Source: Betaproteobacteria bacterium
Lineage (GTDB): Bacteria; Pseudomonadota; Gammaproteobacteria; Burkholderiales; Burkholderiaceae_C
Assembly: GCA_009921465.1 (NCBI GenBank)
Contig: RFXS01000001.1
Span: 1 to 52,111, forward strand
DNA length: 52,111 bases
Reading direction: 5' to 3'
Position numbers and translations under genes: made by a program. Of the stretch, positions 27,857 through 40,140 are shown piece after piece (within the stretch, counting starts at the first letter, position 1; each line of letters starts with the position of its first letter). A model generated the notes under the pieces. It ran no database searches, was not told the origin of the DNA, and worked only from the letters and a program-made list of their open reading frames with translations.

Positions 27857-28850
27857 TCATGGCCACAGGGTCCAAGGGCTTTGCATCCACAAGCCCACCA
27901 CCACCAACCACACCAAGGGCGACGACAAACACTTTCATGCCCAGCCAAATCCAACCGGGGATGGCATTGAACAATGGGCTGTCAATGGGCGGCAACCAGC
28001 CACCCAAAAACATGATCACGGTCAGCATGGACACCAAAATCATGTTGGCATATTCGGCCAAGAAGAACATGGCAAATGACATGCCCGAGTATTCGATCAT
28101 GTGGCCGGCCACGATTTCGGACTCGCCCTCCACCACGTCAAAGGGGTGTCGATTGGTTTCGGCCAAGCCAGCGATGAAATAAATCACAAAAATGGGCAGC
28201 AGCGGGAGCCAGTTCCAGGACAGAAAGTTCAATCCATTTTCAGCAAATTGCCCTTTGGCCTGGCCCATGACGATATCGGTCATATTCAGGCTCGACGAGA
28301 CCATCAGCACCACCACCAAACAAAAGCCCATGGCAATTTCATAGCTCACCATTTGGGCCGACGCTCGCATGGCGCCCAAAAATGCATATTTGGAGTTAGA
28401 CCCCCAGCCCGCGATGATCACGCCGTAGACCTCCAGCGAGGTGATGGCCATCAAAAAAAGCAGGCCGGCGTTGACATTGGCCAGCGCCACCTCCGGTCCA
28501 AAGGGCACCACCGCCCATGCCGCCAATGCAGGCATGATGGTCATGATGGGACCTAGCAAAAACAAAGGTTTATTGGCAGCCGTGGGCAGGATGATTTCTT
28601 TGGTCAACAGTTTCAGGGCGTCGGCAATGGGCTGCAACAAACCCAAGGGGCCCGTGCGATTGGGTCCCAAACGGATCTGGGTAAAGCCAATGGCTTTGCG
28701 CTCCCACAAGGTGAGGTAGGCCACACAACCCATCAAGGGCAACACCACCGCCACGATTTTGATCAAGGTCCACAACACGGGCCAAAGCAAAGCGGTCCAC
28801 ATCGAAGATGATGAAAGACCCAGCCCAGCGAGATAAATGGCCTCAACCAT
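27857..28850 (-). pseudogene. nuoH: NADH-quinone oxidoreductase subunit H, with an apparent internal deletion and frameshift near 27917 (lesion or assembly error)
   Basis: Clear NuoH up to ...[12 protein letters not shown]. The conserved RxxxPRxRYDQxMxLGWK segment is absent, and the natural C-terminus [19 protein letters not shown] follows in a different frame (stop at 27857-27859). Confidence 0.8.
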
Positions 28851-30945
28851 GGTTCACCTCGGGTCGCGCATCGGCCGTGCGCTGCAAAGGTGGCGAACGC
28901 CGCACCAAACCATCGAGCTGATAAATGGAGGCCGACACGGGGATCTGTGTGCTGGTCGATATGTCCATCGGGGCTTGCGTCTGGTTGGACAAATTCTTTT
29001 GGTAATCCGCGGACCAGGCTTGGGCGCGAACTTCTTCCAGGGTTTCAAAATCGAAACCTTTGAGGCCCAACATGTGGCCCAAAACACGCAAAACCTTCCA
29101 ACCCGGACGGGCTTCGCCCAGCGGCTTGACCACGGCATGAAAGCTTTGCGCCACGCCTTCGGTGTTAAAGAACGTACCCGCCGTTTCAGTGAAGGGGGCC
29201 AAGGGCAAGAGCACGTCACTGATGTCCATGTTGGCCTTGAACGGCGAGAAGGTCACCACCATGGGCACTTGGGCCAAATGGGATGCATCGACCAAAGAAC
29301 TGTCGAAAGCCGGTTCAGTGTTGAACAACAACAACGCTTTGAGCTGGCCTTGCAGCATCTGTAGTGCGTTTTGCCCTTGGCCTTGTTTAGGCAAGGCGTG
29401 GACCACCTGTGCGCCCACGGTATTGGCAGCCTCTCCCAAAAAGCCCACGCTGGCTTTTGCATGCTTAGCCAACCAATTGGCCAATGCCAGCAAGGCCGAG
29501 GCCTTGGGGTGATGTGCCGCCGCATTGCCCAACAAAATGGCTTTGCGCTCACCACCCAACAGTGATTTTGCAATGGCCACAGCCTGTGCCGATGGCTGGG
29601 CCACGGCCACTGGGGCGGGAATATCCAAAAACTGCGCCAACGCTGCAGCCACTTCAGCCAAGGCTTGCGGCCAATTCGCAGAATGGGTGATCAACGATTG
29701 GTGGACCGGCATGGCCCAATCGCGAACGGTTTCATTGATTTGAAGGACTTGCCCACCACGGCGGGCCGCCTGACGGATGCGCTGGGCCAACAAGGGTTGA
29801 TCCTTGCGCACATGGGCGCCCACCACCAGCACGCGCTGCATTTCAGACAAGGACGCCACCGAAGTGCCCAGCCAGCGCACCGCGCCGTCATGCTGGAAGT
29901 CCAAAGCCCGCAAACGCGTGTCAATGTTTTCACTGCCCATACCGCGCACCAGTTGCGCGGCCAAATACAGTTCTTCGGCCGTGCTGTGCGGGCTGGCCAA
30001 CAGGCCCCATTGCTGGGGGCCATGATCAGCCGAGATTTGCCGCAGCCCATTGGCCACATATTCAAGTGCTGTGGCCCAATCGACCACCATCCACTGCCCG
30101 TCTTGCTTGATCATGGGCTGGGTCAAACGCTCGGGGCTGTTAAGCGCCTCATAGGAGAAGCGGTCCCGGTCGGCAATCCAGCATTCGTTGATGGATTCGT
30201 TTTCAAACGGCACCACGCGCATCACCTGATTGTTTTTCACTTGGACGATCAAGTTGGTACCGGTGGCGTCATGTGGGCTGACCGAGCGACGACGGCTCAA
30301 CTCCCAGGTGCGGGCGTTGTACCTGAAAGGCTTGCTGGTCAAGGCACCCACGGGGCACACGTCGATCATGTTGCCCGATAACTCAGAGTCCACTGTCGCA
30401 CCCACAAAGGTTTCGATTTCAGAGTGCTCCCCCCGGTGCGACATGCCCAACTCCATCACGCCAGCGACTTCTTGTCCAAATCGCACGCAACGGGTGCAAT
30501 GGATGCACCGGCTCATTTCTTCCATGCTGATCAAGGGGCCAATGTTTTTGTGGAAAACGACCCGCTTTTCTTCCTGGTAACGCGAAGCGCTGCCACCATA
30601 GCCCACGGCCAAGTCTTGCAACTGGCATTCGCCGCCTTGGTCGCAAATGGGGCAATCCAAGGGGTGGTTGATGAGCAAAAACTCCATCACCGATTTTTGG
30701 GCTTTCACCGCTTTGTCCGATTGGGTGCGAACCACCATGCCCTGGGTCACGGGGGTTGCGCAAGCGGGCATGGGTTTAGGGGCTTTTTCGACCTCGACCA
30801 AACACATGCGGCAATTGGCTGCAATGCTGAGTTTCTTGTGGTAACAAAAATGGGGGATGAAGGTGCCCGCCTTTTCAGCGGCGTGCATCACCGTGCAGCC
30901 TTCAGCCACTTCCACTTTTTTGCCATCGAGTTCGATTTCAACCAT
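28843..30945 (-). CDS. nuoG: NADH-quinone oxidoreductase subunit G
   Basis: [45 protein letters not shown]. Confidence 0.97.
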   Translation of the reverse strand: MVEIELDGKKVEVAEGCTVMHAAEKAGTFIPHFCYHKKLSIAANCRMCLVEVEKAPKPMPACATPVTQGMVVRTQSDKAVKAQKSVMEFLLINHPLDCPICDQGGECQLQDLAVGYGGSASRYQEEKRVVFHKNIGPLISMEEMSRCIHCTRCVRFGQEVAGVMELGMSHRGEHSEIETFVGATVDSELSGNMIDVCPVGALTSKPFRYNARTWELSRRRSVSPHDATGTNLIVQVKNNQVMRVVPFENESINECWIADRDRFSYEALNSPERLTQPMIKQDGQWMVVDWATALEYVANGLRQISADHGPQQWGLLASPHSTAEELYLAAQLVRGMGSENIDTRLRALDFQHDGAVRWLGTSVASLSEMQRVLVVGAHVRKDQPLLAQRIRQAARRGGQVLQINETVRDWAMPVHQSLITHSANWPQALAEVAAALAQFLDIPAPVAVAQPSAQAVAIAKSLLGGERKAILLGNAAAHHPKASALLALANWLAKHAKASVGFLGEAANTVGAQVVHALPKQGQGQNALQMLQGQLKALLLFNTEPAFDSSLVDASHLAQVPMVVTFSPFKANMDISDVLLPLAPFTETAGTFFNTEGVAQSFHAVVKPLGEARPGWKVLRVLGHMLGLKGFDFETLEEVRAQAWSADYQKNLSNQTQAPMDISTSTQIPVSASIYQLDGLVRRSPPLQRTADARPEVNHG

Positions 30946-30961
30946 GGTGTGTGCTCAAGCC

Positions 30962-32314
30962 TTAGACATGCGCCGCGACCATGCAGGTCTTGTGCGTGAT
31001 GTGGTGTTCAAATTCTGCGCGAAAGTGCTTCAGCATGCCACGCACGGGCATGGCAGCCGCGTCCCCCAGGGCACAAATGGTGCGTCCCATGATGCTTTCA
31101 GCAACGTTGTCGAGCAAATCCATGTCGCTGGGCCGCCCTTGCCCGTTTTCTATCCGGTCCACCATGCGCCACAACCAACCTGTGCCTTCACGGCATGGCG
31201 TGCATTGGCCGCACGATTCGTGCATGTAAAAGTAACTCAAGCGCTGCAGACTTTTGACCATGCAACGGCGCTCGTCCATGACGATCACTGCACCGGAACC
31301 CAACATGGAACCGGCCTTGGCGATGGCATCGTAATCCATGGTGATGTCCATCATGATGGACGCCGGCAGCACAGGCGCGGATGAGCCGCCAGGGATCACC
31401 GCCTTCAAAGCCCTGCCCCCGCGCATGCCACCGGCCAATTCCAGCAACTTGGCGAACGGCGTTCCCAAGGGAATTTCGTAATTACCAGGCCGCTCTACAT
31501 CGCCCGAAATGGAGAATATTTTGGTGCCGCCGTTATTGGGTTTGCCGCAAGCCAAATAGGCGGCACCACCGTTTTTGATGATCCACGGCACCGCTGAAAA
31601 TGTTTCGGTGTTATTGATGGTCGTGGGTTTGCCATACAGGCCGAAACTGGCGGGGAAAGGCGGCTTGAAACGCGGCTGTCCCTTTTTGCCTTCCAAGGAC
31701 TCCAGCAAAGCCGTTTCTTCGCCACAGATATAGGCGCCAAAACCGTGCGCCGCATGCAACTGAAAAGAAAACGACGAGCCCATGATTTTGTCGCCCAAGT
31801 AGCCAGCTGCACGGGCTTGCTCCAAGGCCGCTTCAAACCGCTCATAGGTTTTGAAAATTTCACCGTGGATGTAGTTGTATCCCACACCAATGCCCATGGC
31901 GTAGGCTGCAATGGCCATGCCCTCGATCACGATATGTGGGTTGAACTGCAAAATATCGCGGTCTTTGAAGGTGCCCGGCTCGCCCTCGTCAGAATTGCAC
32001 ACCAGGTATTTGCTGCCCGGAAACTGTCGTGGCATGAAGCTCCACTTCAGGCCCGTTGGAAAGCCAGCCCCACCACGCCCGCGCAAGCCAGACTCTTTGA
32101 CAATGGCAATCACCTGATCTTGGCTCAAGCCTTCTGAGCCATCTTGGCCCAAAATTTTCCGCAAGGCTTGGTAACCACCACGCGCTTCGTAGTCCTTCAA
32201 CTGCCAGTTGTTTCCATTGAGCCCAGCCAATATTTGTGGCGAGATGTGACGGTCATGGAAACAAGACTCCAAGCCTTGGGCTTGGAATTGAGATAACAAC
32301 TGCTGCTCGGTCAT
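30962..32314 (-). CDS. nuoF: NADH-quinone oxidoreductase subunit F
   Basis: [36 protein letters not shown]. Confidence 0.97.
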   Translation of the reverse strand: MTEQQLLSQFQAQGLESCFHDRHISPQILAGLNGNNWQLKDYEARGGYQALRKILGQDGSEGLSQDQVIAIVKESGLRGRGGAGFPTGLKWSFMPRQFPGSKYLVCNSDEGEPGTFKDRDILQFNPHIVIEGMAIAAYAMGIGVGYNYIHGEIFKTYERFEAALEQARAAGYLGDKIMGSSFSFQLHAAHGFGAYICGEETALLESLEGKKGQPRFKPPFPASFGLYGKPTTINNTETFSAVPWIIKNGGAAYLACGKPNNGGTKIFSISGDVERPGNYEIPLGTPFAKLLELAGGMRGGRALKAVIPGGSSAPVLPASIMMDITMDYDAIAKAGSMLGSGAVIVMDERRCMVKSLQRLSYFYMHESCGQCTPCREGTGWLWRMVDRIENGQGRPSDMDLLDNVAESIMGRTICALGDAAAMPVRGMLKHFRAEFEHHITHKTCMVAAHV

Positions 32315-32844
32315 GTTGCGGCCTTATCAGTGGCAGATTGACGCAGTCCGTCAACCAACTGGTCCAACTTGTCATGCCCCATGAAACTGCACATGCTGCG
32401 ATCGTTGACCAACACAACGGGGGCATCCCCACAAGCACCCATGCACTCACCGGGTTGCACGGTGAACAAACCATCTGCCGTGGTGCCACCCACCTCGATG
32501 CCCAGTCGCTCACACAAATGGGCCAATGCCCCTGCACCATTGCGCAGTTGGCAGGGCAAATTGGTGCACACATTGATCTTGTAACGCCCCACAGGCTTGA
32601 GGTTGTACATGTTGTAAAAACTGCTGACCTCGCGCACGGCCATCGCCGGCATGCCCAAGTACTGGGCCACGGCCAACTCCGCCTCCGGGCTGACCCAGCC
32701 ATTTTCTTGCTGAACAATCGACAGGCATGCCATCACCGCCGACTGGCTTTGATCGGCAGGGTACTTGGCGACCTCTTGGGCAAAACGCTTCTGGGTGACC
32801 TCTGACAAGGTCATCGCTGCAACTGCTGTCAGGGTGCTGCTCAT
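32311..32844 (-). CDS. nuoE: NADH-quinone oxidoreductase subunit E
   Basis: VCTNLPCQL and [10 protein letters not shown] 2Fe-2S ligands. Confidence 0.95.
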   Translation of the reverse strand: MSSTLTAVAAMTLSEVTQKRFAQEVAKYPADQSQSAVMACLSIVQQENGWVSPEAELAVAQYLGMPAMAVREVSSFYNMYNLKPVGRYKINVCTNLPCQLRNGAGALAHLCERLGIEVGGTTADGLFTVQPGECMGACGDAPVVLVNDRSMCSFMGHDKLDQLVDGLRQSATDKAAT

Positions 32845-34094
32845 CGGTCAATTTCCCCAAACACAATGTCCATGGTGCCGATCACGGCCACCGTGTCCGC
32901 GATCATGTGGCCTCGCGACATCTCGTCCATGGCCGCCAAGTGGGCAAAGCCAGGCGCTCTGATCTTCAAACGGTAAGGTTTGTTCGCACCATCACTGACC
33001 AAGTAAATACCAAATTCACCCTTGGGGTGTTCAACCGCTGCGTAGGCCTGGCCTTCCGGCACATGAAAACCTTCGGTAAACAGTTTGAAATGGTGGATCA
33101 ACTCTTCCATGTTGGCCTTCATGGCCTCGCGCGCCGGTGCAGCCACTTTGTGGTTATCGGTGATGACTGGACCAGGGTTTTGTCGCAACCATTGAACGCA
33201 TTGGGAAATGATTCGATTGGACTGGCGCATTTCGGCAACCCGCACCAAATAGCGGTCATAGCAGTCACCGGTTTTGCCAATTGGAATGTCGAAGTCCATT
33301 CGATCGTAGACATCGTAGGGCTGGTGCTTGCGCAAGTCCCAAGCGACGCCAGAGCCACGCAACATGGCACCAGTGAAGCCCAAATTTTTAGCTCGCTCAG
33401 GGCTGACCACGCCGATGCCCACGGTGCGCTGCTTCCAAATGCGGTTATCGGTCAACAAGGTTTCATACTCATCGACAAAAGCCGGGAAACGGCGGGTGAA
33501 GTCATCAATGAAGTCAAGCAAACTGCCCTGACGATTTTCATTCAATCGGGCAATGGCACGGTCGTTTTTGATCTTGCTGACTTTGTACTGGGGCATGGTG
33601 TCGGGCAAGTCGCGGTACACGCCGCCAGGGCGGAAATAAGCGGCATGCATGCGCGCACCAGAGACGGCCTCGTACATGTCGAACAAATCCTCACGCTCTC
33701 GGAAACAGTAAATGAGGATGTTCATGGCACCGCAATCAAAGCCATGGCAACCCAACCACAACAGATGATTGAGCAAGCGAGTGATTTCGGCAAACATCAC
33801 GCGGATGTACTGGGCACGCTCGGGCACTTGCAAGCCCATCATTTTTTCAATCGCCAAACAGTAAGCGTGCTCGTTGCACATCATCGAAACGTAATCGAGC
33901 CGGTCCATGTACGGCAGGGACTGGATGTAGGTCTTGCTTTCAGCCAGTTTTTCGGTGGCGCGGTGAAGCAAGCCAATGTGGGGGTCAGCTCGCTGCACGA
34001 CTTCGCCATCAAGCTCGAGCACCAAGCGCAGCACCCCGTGGGCCGCCGGGTGCTGTGGCCCCAAATTCAGGGTGTAATTTTTGATATCGGCCAT
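32841..34094 (-). CDS. nuoD: NADH-quinone oxidoreductase subunit D
   Basis: [19 protein letters not shown]-terminal DIVFGEIDR. Confidence 0.98.
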   Translation of the reverse strand: MADIKNYTLNLGPQHPAAHGVLRLVLELDGEVVQRADPHIGLLHRATEKLAESKTYIQSLPYMDRLDYVSMMCNEHAYCLAIEKMMGLQVPERAQYIRVMFAEITRLLNHLLWLGCHGFDCGAMNILIYCFREREDLFDMYEAVSGARMHAAYFRPGGVYRDLPDTMPQYKVSKIKNDRAIARLNENRQGSLLDFIDDFTRRFPAFVDEYETLLTDNRIWKQRTVGIGVVSPERAKNLGFTGAMLRGSGVAWDLRKHQPYDVYDRMDFDIPIGKTGDCYDRYLVRVAEMRQSNRIISQCVQWLRQNPGPVITDNHKVAAPAREAMKANMEELIHHFKLFTEGFHVPEGQAYAAVEHPKGEFGIYLVSDGANKPYRLKIRAPGFAHLAAMDEMSRGHMIADTVAVIGTMDIVFGEIDR

Positions 34095-34097
34095 GGC

Positions 34098-34709
34098 TCA
34101 GTGCTGTCCGCCGTAATGTTCTTCTCGAATGATGCGCGGGGTGATCTCACGCAGTTCGATCGACACAGGTTGATAAATGACACGCTTTTGCTCAGCGTCG
34201 TAGCGCATTTCCACATGGCCTGAGGTGGGGAAATCTTTGCGAAACGGATGCCCAATGAAACCATAGTCCGTGAGCAAGCGGCGTAAATCTTCGTGCCCAT
34301 CAAAAACAATGCCAAACAAATCAAAGGCTTCGCGCTCGAACCAATTGGCCGAATTCCATACCGGGTTGACCGATGCCACACGTGGCATGTGTTCATCTGC
34401 GGCGTACACACGAAGGCGCAAACGCCAGTTGTGCTGCAAAGACAAAAGGTGGCTGACCACCGCAAATCGCGGCCCATCGGTGTGGCGGCTGTGGGCACCG
34501 TCTTTGTAGGTGGAGTAATCCATGCCGCACAGGTCCATGAGTTGCTCAAAGGCCAAACGGGGATCGTCGCGCAAACGCTGGGCCACAGACAAGTAGGCTG
34601 AGGCCGCCACGGTCAAGGTCAACTCACCAAGGCTCGATTCGATCTCCGCCACATCGGAGGCCAGCACCGAATGCAATGCATTTTGAAGCTCATCCAGACG
34701 ATCGCTCAT
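34098..34709 (-). CDS. nuoC: NADH-quinone oxidoreductase subunit C
   Basis: [33 protein letters not shown]. Confidence 0.96.
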   Translation of the reverse strand: MSDRLDELQNALHSVLASDVAEIESSLGELTLTVAASAYLSVAQRLRDDPRLAFEQLMDLCGMDYSTYKDGAHSRHTDGPRFAVVSHLLSLQHNWRLRLRVYAADEHMPRVASVNPVWNSANWFEREAFDLFGIVFDGHEDLRRLLTDYGFIGHPFRKDFPTSGHVEMRYDAEQKRVIYQPVSIELREITPRIIREEHYGGQH

Positions 34710-34718
34710 GTCAGACCT

Positions 34719-35195
34719 TCAGCGGGCAATGGTGTTTTCACGGCGAATTTTGCTTTGCAGTTGCAAAATGCCATACAACAGTGCTTCGGCCGTGGGTGGG
34801 CAGCCTGGCACATACACGTCCACCGGAACAATTCGGTCACAACCACGCACCACCGAATAGCTGTAGTGGTAATACCCACCGCCATTGGCACAAGATCCCA
34901 TGGACAAAACCCAACGCGGCTCGCTCATTTGGTCGTACACCTTGCGCAAGGCCGGGGCCATTTTGTTGCACAAAGTGCCCGCCACGATCATGAGGTCCGA
35001 CTGGCGAGGACTGGGGCGAAACAACATGCCAAAGCGATCGATGTCATAACGGGCAGCACCTGCGTGCATCATCTCGACAGCACAACAAGCCAAGCCAAAG
35101 GTCATGGGCCACAAGGACCCCGTTTTGGCCCAATTCACCACCGAGTCATACGAGGTGGTGATGAATCCCTCTTTGAATACGCCTTCAAGTGACAT
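34719..35195 (-). CDS. nuoB: NADH-quinone oxidoreductase subunit B
   Basis: [27 protein letters not shown]. Confidence 0.97.
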   Translation of the reverse strand: MSLEGVFKEGFITTSYDSVVNWAKTGSLWPMTFGLACCAVEMMHAGAARYDIDRFGMLFRPSPRQSDLMIVAGTLCNKMAPALRKVYDQMSEPRWVLSMGSCANGGGYYHYSYSVVRGCDRIVPVDVYVPGCPPTAEALLYGILQLQSKIRRENTIAR

Positions 35196-35198
35196 GGT

Positions 35199-35558
35199 TT
35201 ACTCCCAATCCAGCGCCCCTTTTTTCCACTCATAGGCGAAACCAACCACCAAAATGGCCAGGAAAATCATCATGGCCCAAAACCCGACGGGGCCAATTTC
35301 TTTGAGTGCTACAGCCCAGGGAAATAAAAACGCAATTTCCAGGTCGAACAAAATGAACAAGATGGCCACCAGGTAATAGCGCACATCGAATTTCATGCGG
35401 GCATCTTCAAACGCCTCAAATCCGCATTCATAGGGGGAATTTTTGGCTTCGTTGGGGCGCTGTGGACCCAAAAAATAACCAATCGCCTGGGGTGCCACAC
35501 CAATGGCCAAGCCCACCAAAATAAACAACAAAACGGGCAAGTAGGCTTCAAGATTCAT
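35199..35558 (-). CDS. nuoA: NADH-quinone oxidoreductase subunit A
   Basis: [22 protein letters not shown]. Confidence 0.97.
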   Translation of the reverse strand: MNLEAYLPVLLFILVGLAIGVAPQAIGYFLGPQRPNEAKNSPYECGFEAFEDARMKFDVRYYLVAILFILFDLEIAFLFPWAVALKEIGPVGFWAMMIFLAILVVGFAYEWKKGALDWE

Positions 35559-35959
35559 CGTTGTATCGCCAAATGGCTCACAAAGTCATGACCAACTATG
35601 TATCCCCGCGCTGACAAGAAGATGACAGCCTGGGCCAGGTGGGTGGAAATTAAGGTGGGGGGGGTGGTCATGTGGTCTGATCAACTGAGGCAAATTGCCT
35701 GACGAATTTGAGGCAAATAGCGTCAGCACAGCCGTTGAAACAGGCAGCATCTTATCACGCACTGACCTGGCCCAGCCCCCGTGCGCACCTGTTGTACACC
35801 CGCAGCGGGCCCGCAAATTCAGTCACTTGGTCCCACCTATATGCAAAGCGATATGGGCGCTGCTTTTTTGGCTTTGGACGCTGTGGCCGATCACCGCCCA
35901 TGTGGATCTTCGTTGGTCATTGCGTGTCGCTGTCAACACGATACAAACCACCTGCCCAC

Positions 35960-35993
35960 AAAAAAGCCGACCTTTGAGCAAACAAGGTCGGCT
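35960..35993 (-). terminator. Rho-independent terminator after tRNA-Leu
   Basis: On the minus strand: AGCCGACCTT-loop-AAGGTCGGCT (10-bp stem) followed by TTTTT, 8 nt after the tRNA CCA. Confidence 0.85.
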
Positions 35994-36001
35994 ATGTTGT
36001 T

Positions 36002-36086
36002 TGGTGCCGTCGGCGAGACTCGAACTCGCACAGCTTTCGCCACTACCCCCTCAAGATAGCGTGTCTACCAATTTCACCACGACGGC
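36002..36086 (-). tRNA. tRNA-Leu(GAG)
   Basis: 85-nt GCCGTCGTGGTGAAATTGGTAGACACGCTATCTTGAGGGGGTAG...GTTCGAGTCTCGCCGACGGCACCA, with a long variable arm and encoded CCA; canonical position after secG. Confidence 0.96.
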
Positions 36087-36178
36087 ATTGACAGGAATGT
36101 GCACACAGGGCGCATTGCCAAGACACGCAGTTTAACTGCAATATGCATGGATGCGAACGATCTGCAACAGCATTGAAC

Positions 36179-36589
36179 TCATTTGGGAATCTGTCCAGCG
36201 CCATTGGCGGCACCTGGTGCTGTGGGCGTTGGCACAGAATTGGCTGGGGCGTTGGCAGCGGGGTCCGACTGACCAGGAATTTGAGCGCCCGCACCCGCTG
36301 GCATGTTGAGTGGGGTTTTCTCCAGCACACTGGTGCCCTCTTCGGTGGGGCGCAGGTTACCGAAATAAGCCAGCGCCAGCGTGCATGCAAAAAAAACTGC
36401 GGCCAAGACAGAGGTGCTGCGCGATAAAAAATTGGCACTGCCACTGGCGCCAAACAAACTGCCCGAACTGCCACTGCCAAAAGCAGCGCCCATGTCCGCA
36501 CCTTTTCCATGTTGGATCAATATCAATCCAATCATGGCCAAGGCAGTCAATATTTGAACCACCAGCAAAACATTCAAAAGCAAAGTCAT
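36179..36589 (-). CDS. secG: Preprotein translocase subunit SecG
   Basis: ILIQHGKGADMGAAFGSGSSGSLFGASGSANFLSRST. Confidence 0.96.
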   Translation of the reverse strand: MTLLLNVLLVVQILTALAMIGLILIQHGKGADMGAAFGSGSSGSLFGASGSANFLSRSTSVLAAVFFACTLALAYFGNLRPTEEGTSVLEKTPLNMPAGAGAQIPGQSDPAANAPANSVPTPTAPGAANGAGQIPK

Positions 36590-36613
36590 GGTCGTCTCAG
36601 GGTAATTGGCGCA

Positions 36614-37366
36614 TCACTGCGCCAGGGCTGCGGCCACAATGGCCAAAAAATCCTTGGGTTTGAGCGACGCGCCGCCAATCAAACCGCCATCAATATCGGG
36701 TTGTGCCAACAAACTCGCCGCATTACTGGCGTTCATGCTGCCGCCGTAAAGGATACGGATGCGTTCTGCATGCGCACTTGCCGCACGCAATTGGGCGCGC
36801 AACAAGGCGTGAACCAACTGGGCCTGCTCTGGACTGGCGGTGCGGCCCGTCCCAATGGCCCAAACCGGCTCGTAGGCCACCACCAACTCACTGACACAGT
36901 GGGCCACCTGTTGGATGACCGCTGCCAACTGGCGCTTGACCACTTCATTGGTTTGGCCTGCCTCGCGCTCTTGCAAGGTCTCCCCCACACACACAATGGG
37001 CGTGATGCCTTTGGCCAGCGCGCGCTGAGCTTTGGCGGCCACCACCGCGGAGGTTTCCCCGTGGTACTGGCGCCGCTCTGAGTGACCGACCAAGACATAC
37101 CGGGTTTTGAAGTCGCTGAGCATGTCTGCAGACACCTCGCCCGTGTATGCGCCTGCCTCATGGGCAGACACGTCTTGTGCGCCCCATTGCATGGGTGTGC
37201 CCTGGCAAACTTGCTGCACCTGGGCCAAGTACGGGGCCGGCACACAAACAGCCACATCCACCTGACTTGAGGCAGGCAAATGGGGCGTGATGGCAGCCAG
37301 CAAGTCGGCGTTGCCCACCGATTGCCCGTTCATCTTCCAGTTGCCTGCAATCAAATAACGCTTCAT
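36614..37366 (-). CDS. tpiA: Triosephosphate isomerase
   Basis: [34 protein letters not shown]. Confidence 0.97.
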   Translation of the reverse strand: MKRYLIAGNWKMNGQSVGNADLLAAITPHLPASSQVDVAVCVPAPYLAQVQQVCQGTPMQWGAQDVSAHEAGAYTGEVSADMLSDFKTRYVLVGHSERRQYHGETSAVVAAKAQRALAKGITPIVCVGETLQEREAGQTNEVVKRQLAAVIQQVAHCVSELVVAYEPVWAIGTGRTASPEQAQLVHALLRAQLRAASAHAERIRILYGGSMNASNAASLLAQPDIDGGLIGGASLKPKDFLAIVAAALAQ

Positions 37367-37400
37367 GAGCTTCAAGCCGCCAATCTAAGGAGAAACCCGA

Positions 37401-39587
37401 TCAGTGTTCGTTTCTGGGCTCGCCGCGGTGGCCACCATCCTGGTGCGCCGGGGCATCATGGCCGTGGCTGGGCGCGTGATCCGCAGGATGCTCTGGCCGC
37501 TCCAACAGGGCCTTCATGGACAATTTAACACGGCCTTTTTCGTCGGTTTCCATGACTTTGACGCGCACCACTTGGCCTTCGGCCAATACGTCCGTGACTT
37601 TGGCAATGCGCTCATGGCTGATCTGGCTGATGTGCAACAAACCATCCTTGCCTGGCAACAAGTTGACCAAAGCACCAAAGTCCAGGATCTTGGTGATCGG
37701 GCCTTCGTAGACCTTGCCAATTTCTACCTCAGCAGTGATTTCCGCAATGCGGCGCTTGGCCTCTTCGGCTTTTGCGCCATCGGTGGCCGCAATGGTGATG
37801 GTGCCATCTTCTTCGATGTTGATCTGGGTGCCGGTCTCTTCTGTCAAAGCACGGATCACTGCCCCACCCTTGCCGATCACGTCGCGAATCTTCTCCGGAT
37901 TGATCTTCATGGTGAATAGCTTGGGTGCAAAATTGCTCACTTCGGTGCGCGCCTCGCCCATGGCCTCTTGCATCTTGGCCAAAATATGGATGCGTGCTTC
38001 TTTGGCTTGGGCCAATGCCACTTGCATGATCTCTTGGGTGATGCCTTGGATTTTGATGTCCATTTGCAAAGCGGTGATGCCCTGGGTGCTGCCTGCCACC
38101 TTGAAGTCCATGTCACCGAGGTGATCTTCGTCACCCAAAATGTCGGTCAAGACCGCAAAACGATTGCCTTCTTTGATCAAGCCCATGGCGATGCCAGCCA
38201 CATGGGCTTTCAGCGGTACACCAGCGTCCATCAAAGACAAACAACCACCGCACACCGAGGCCATCGACGAAGAGCCATTGGACTCGGTGATTTCAGACAC
38301 CACACGCATGGTGTAGGGGAACTCTTCCTTGGTTGGCAACACGGCAGCCAAGGCACGCTTGGCCAAGCGGCCGTGACCGACTTCACGCCGTTTGGTGCTG
38401 CCCATGCGGCCCACTTCGCCGGTGGCAAACGGGGGCATGTTGTAGTGCAACATGAAGCGGTCTTCAAATTCACCGGCCAAAGCGTCAATGCGCTGGGCAT
38501 CGCGCTCGGTGCCCAACGTGGCGATCACCAATGCCTGTGTCTCGCCCCTTGTGAACAAGGCTGAACCATGGGTGCGGGGCAAAACGGAGTTGCGAATTTC
38601 AATGGGGCGAACGGTGCGGGTGTCGCGACCATCGATGCGCGGCTCACCCGCCAAAATTTGGCCACGCACAATGCGCGACTCGATTTCGAACAACAGGTTA
38701 TCGACTTTGACCGGATCAAACTCGACGCCTTGGGCCTTCAAGCCATCTTTGGCTGCTTGATAGGCCTCGCGGCAAGCCTGGGTGCGGGCTTGCTTGTTGC
38801 GGATTTGGTAGGCGGCATTGAGTTTTTCTTGCGCCTGGGCAGCCAACTTGGCTTCGAAATCGAGGTCGCGTGCCGGTGCTGTCCAGTCCCAGGCCGGCTT
38901 GCCTGCATCGCGCACCAACTCGTGAATGGCATTGATCGCGATCTTGCCTTGCTCATGCCCAAAGACCACGGCACCAAGCATGATTTCCTCAGACAACTGC
39001 TGGGCTTCAGATTCAACCATGAGCACCGCAGTTTCGGTCCCAGCCACAACCAAATCCATCACGCTGTCTTTGCGCTGGGTTTGACCAGGGTTGAGCACGT
39101 ACTCGCCATTGATGTAACCCACTCGGGCAGCGCCAATGGGGCCATTGAAAGGCAAACCAGAAATGGCCAATGCGGCGGAGGTGCCAATCATGGCAGCAAT
39201 GTCAGCGTCCACCTCTGGGTTAAGAGACACGGTGTGGATGACCACATGCACTTCGTTGTAAAAGCCTTCAGGAAACAAGGGGCGAATGGGTCGATCGATC
39301 AGGCGCGAGGTCAGGGTTTCGAGTTCGCTGGGCTTGGCTTCGCGCTTGAAAAAGCTGCCGGGAATCTTGCCCGCGGCATAGGCCTTTTCAATGTAGTCCA
39401 CGGTGAGCGGGAAAAAATCTTGGCCCGGCTTGGATGATTTGGACCCCACCACAGTGGCCAAAACCACGGTGTCATCGATATTGACCAGCACAGCGCCGGT
39501 GGCTTGGCGAGCGATTTCGCCGGTCTCCAGGGTGACCGTGTGCTGGCCCCACTGGAAGGTTTTGGTAACTTTATTAAAAATGGACAT
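37401..39587 (-). CDS. pnp: Polyribonucleotide nucleotidyltransferase (PNPase)
   Basis: [37 protein letters not shown], plus KH and S1 domains. ATG at 39587 with an AGGAG SD. Confidence 0.98.
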   Translation of the reverse strand: MSIFNKVTKTFQWGQHTVTLETGEIARQATGAVLVNIDDTVVLATVVGSKSSKPGQDFFPLTVDYIEKAYAAGKIPGSFFKREAKPSELETLTSRLIDRPIRPLFPEGFYNEVHVVIHTVSLNPEVDADIAAMIGTSAALAISGLPFNGPIGAARVGYINGEYVLNPGQTQRKDSVMDLVVAGTETAVLMVESEAQQLSEEIMLGAVVFGHEQGKIAINAIHELVRDAGKPAWDWTAPARDLDFEAKLAAQAQEKLNAAYQIRNKQARTQACREAYQAAKDGLKAQGVEFDPVKVDNLLFEIESRIVRGQILAGEPRIDGRDTRTVRPIEIRNSVLPRTHGSALFTRGETQALVIATLGTERDAQRIDALAGEFEDRFMLHYNMPPFATGEVGRMGSTKRREVGHGRLAKRALAAVLPTKEEFPYTMRVVSEITESNGSSSMASVCGGCLSLMDAGVPLKAHVAGIAMGLIKEGNRFAVLTDILGDEDHLGDMDFKVAGSTQGITALQMDIKIQGITQEIMQVALAQAKEARIHILAKMQEAMGEARTEVSNFAPKLFTMKINPEKIRDVIGKGGAVIRALTEETGTQINIEEDGTITIAATDGAKAEEAKRRIAEITAEVEIGKVYEGPITKILDFGALVNLLPGKDGLLHISQISHERIAKVTDVLAEGQVVRVKVMETDEKGRVKLSMKALLERPEHPADHAPSHGHDAPAHQDGGHRGEPRNEH

Positions 39588-39798
39588 GTGTATCTCCTGA
39601 GGTTGATGGGAGGTGCAGGCCACCTCCACAAAGCCTGGAAAAAACGTCTCAGAACACGATGCCATCCCATGAAACACCCCTGCCCGGGGTATTTGATGGA
39701 ATGACACAGCTTCGCTCTGTTCCCGTGATCTCCATGTGGCAAAGCCACCGAGTTATCTAAATAACATCAGTGGCCGTGCTTGCATGCGTTGAACAAAA

Positions 39799-40062
39799 TT
39801 ACTTGCGCAGACCGAGTTTGGCAATCAGCGCGGTGTACCGGTCGGCGTCCTTGGACTTGAGGTAATCCAACAATTTGCGTCGGCGACTGACCATGCGCAA
39901 CAGGCCACGACGACCGTGGTGGTCTTTGGCATGGGTCTTGAAATGGGGGGTGAGTTCATTGATGCGTGCGGTCAAAATGGCCACCTGCACTTCGGGACTG
40001 CCTGTATCGCTGGCGCTGCGGGCATTGGCTTTAACTACCTCTGCCTTGTTAAGCGTGGTCAT
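39799..40062 (-). CDS. rpsO: 30S ribosomal protein S15
   Basis: [28 protein letters not shown]. Confidence 0.97.
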   Translation of the reverse strand: MTTLNKAEVVKANARSASDTGSPEVQVAILTARINELTPHFKTHAKDHHGRRGLLRMVSRRRKLLDYLKSKDADRYTALIAKLGLRK

Positions 40063-40140
40063 GGTGTTTCCTTGGTGTTTGACTTGCGCCAAGCACTGGA
40101 ACTGCGCCTGGCGTGCGTTCGGAAAACCCGAACCTAATTA

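Noticed and set aside
27857-27945. nuoH as a new programmed frameshift
   Set aside because: About 28 conserved residues are physically missing and no slippery site or stimulatory element is evident; recoding would not restore the protein.
3290-34223. Long antisense ORFs (e.g. 3290-4639, 13080-14201, 17871-19328, 24342-25484, 32907-34223)
   Set aside because: They mirror well-supported genes on the opposite strand and have no recognisable motifs. This is expected shadowing from GC-biased codon usage.
35586-36135. ORFs in the nuoA-tRNA-Leu spacer (76-146 aa)
   Set aside because: No clear SD or motifs, and two of them run antisense into the tRNA and across its terminator; treated as non-coding.
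37401-37500. His-rich C-terminal tail of PNPase (and the His-rich loop in NuoL near 24910-24960)
   Set aside because: Variable low-complexity tails and loops are common at these positions; no evidence of a distinct function.
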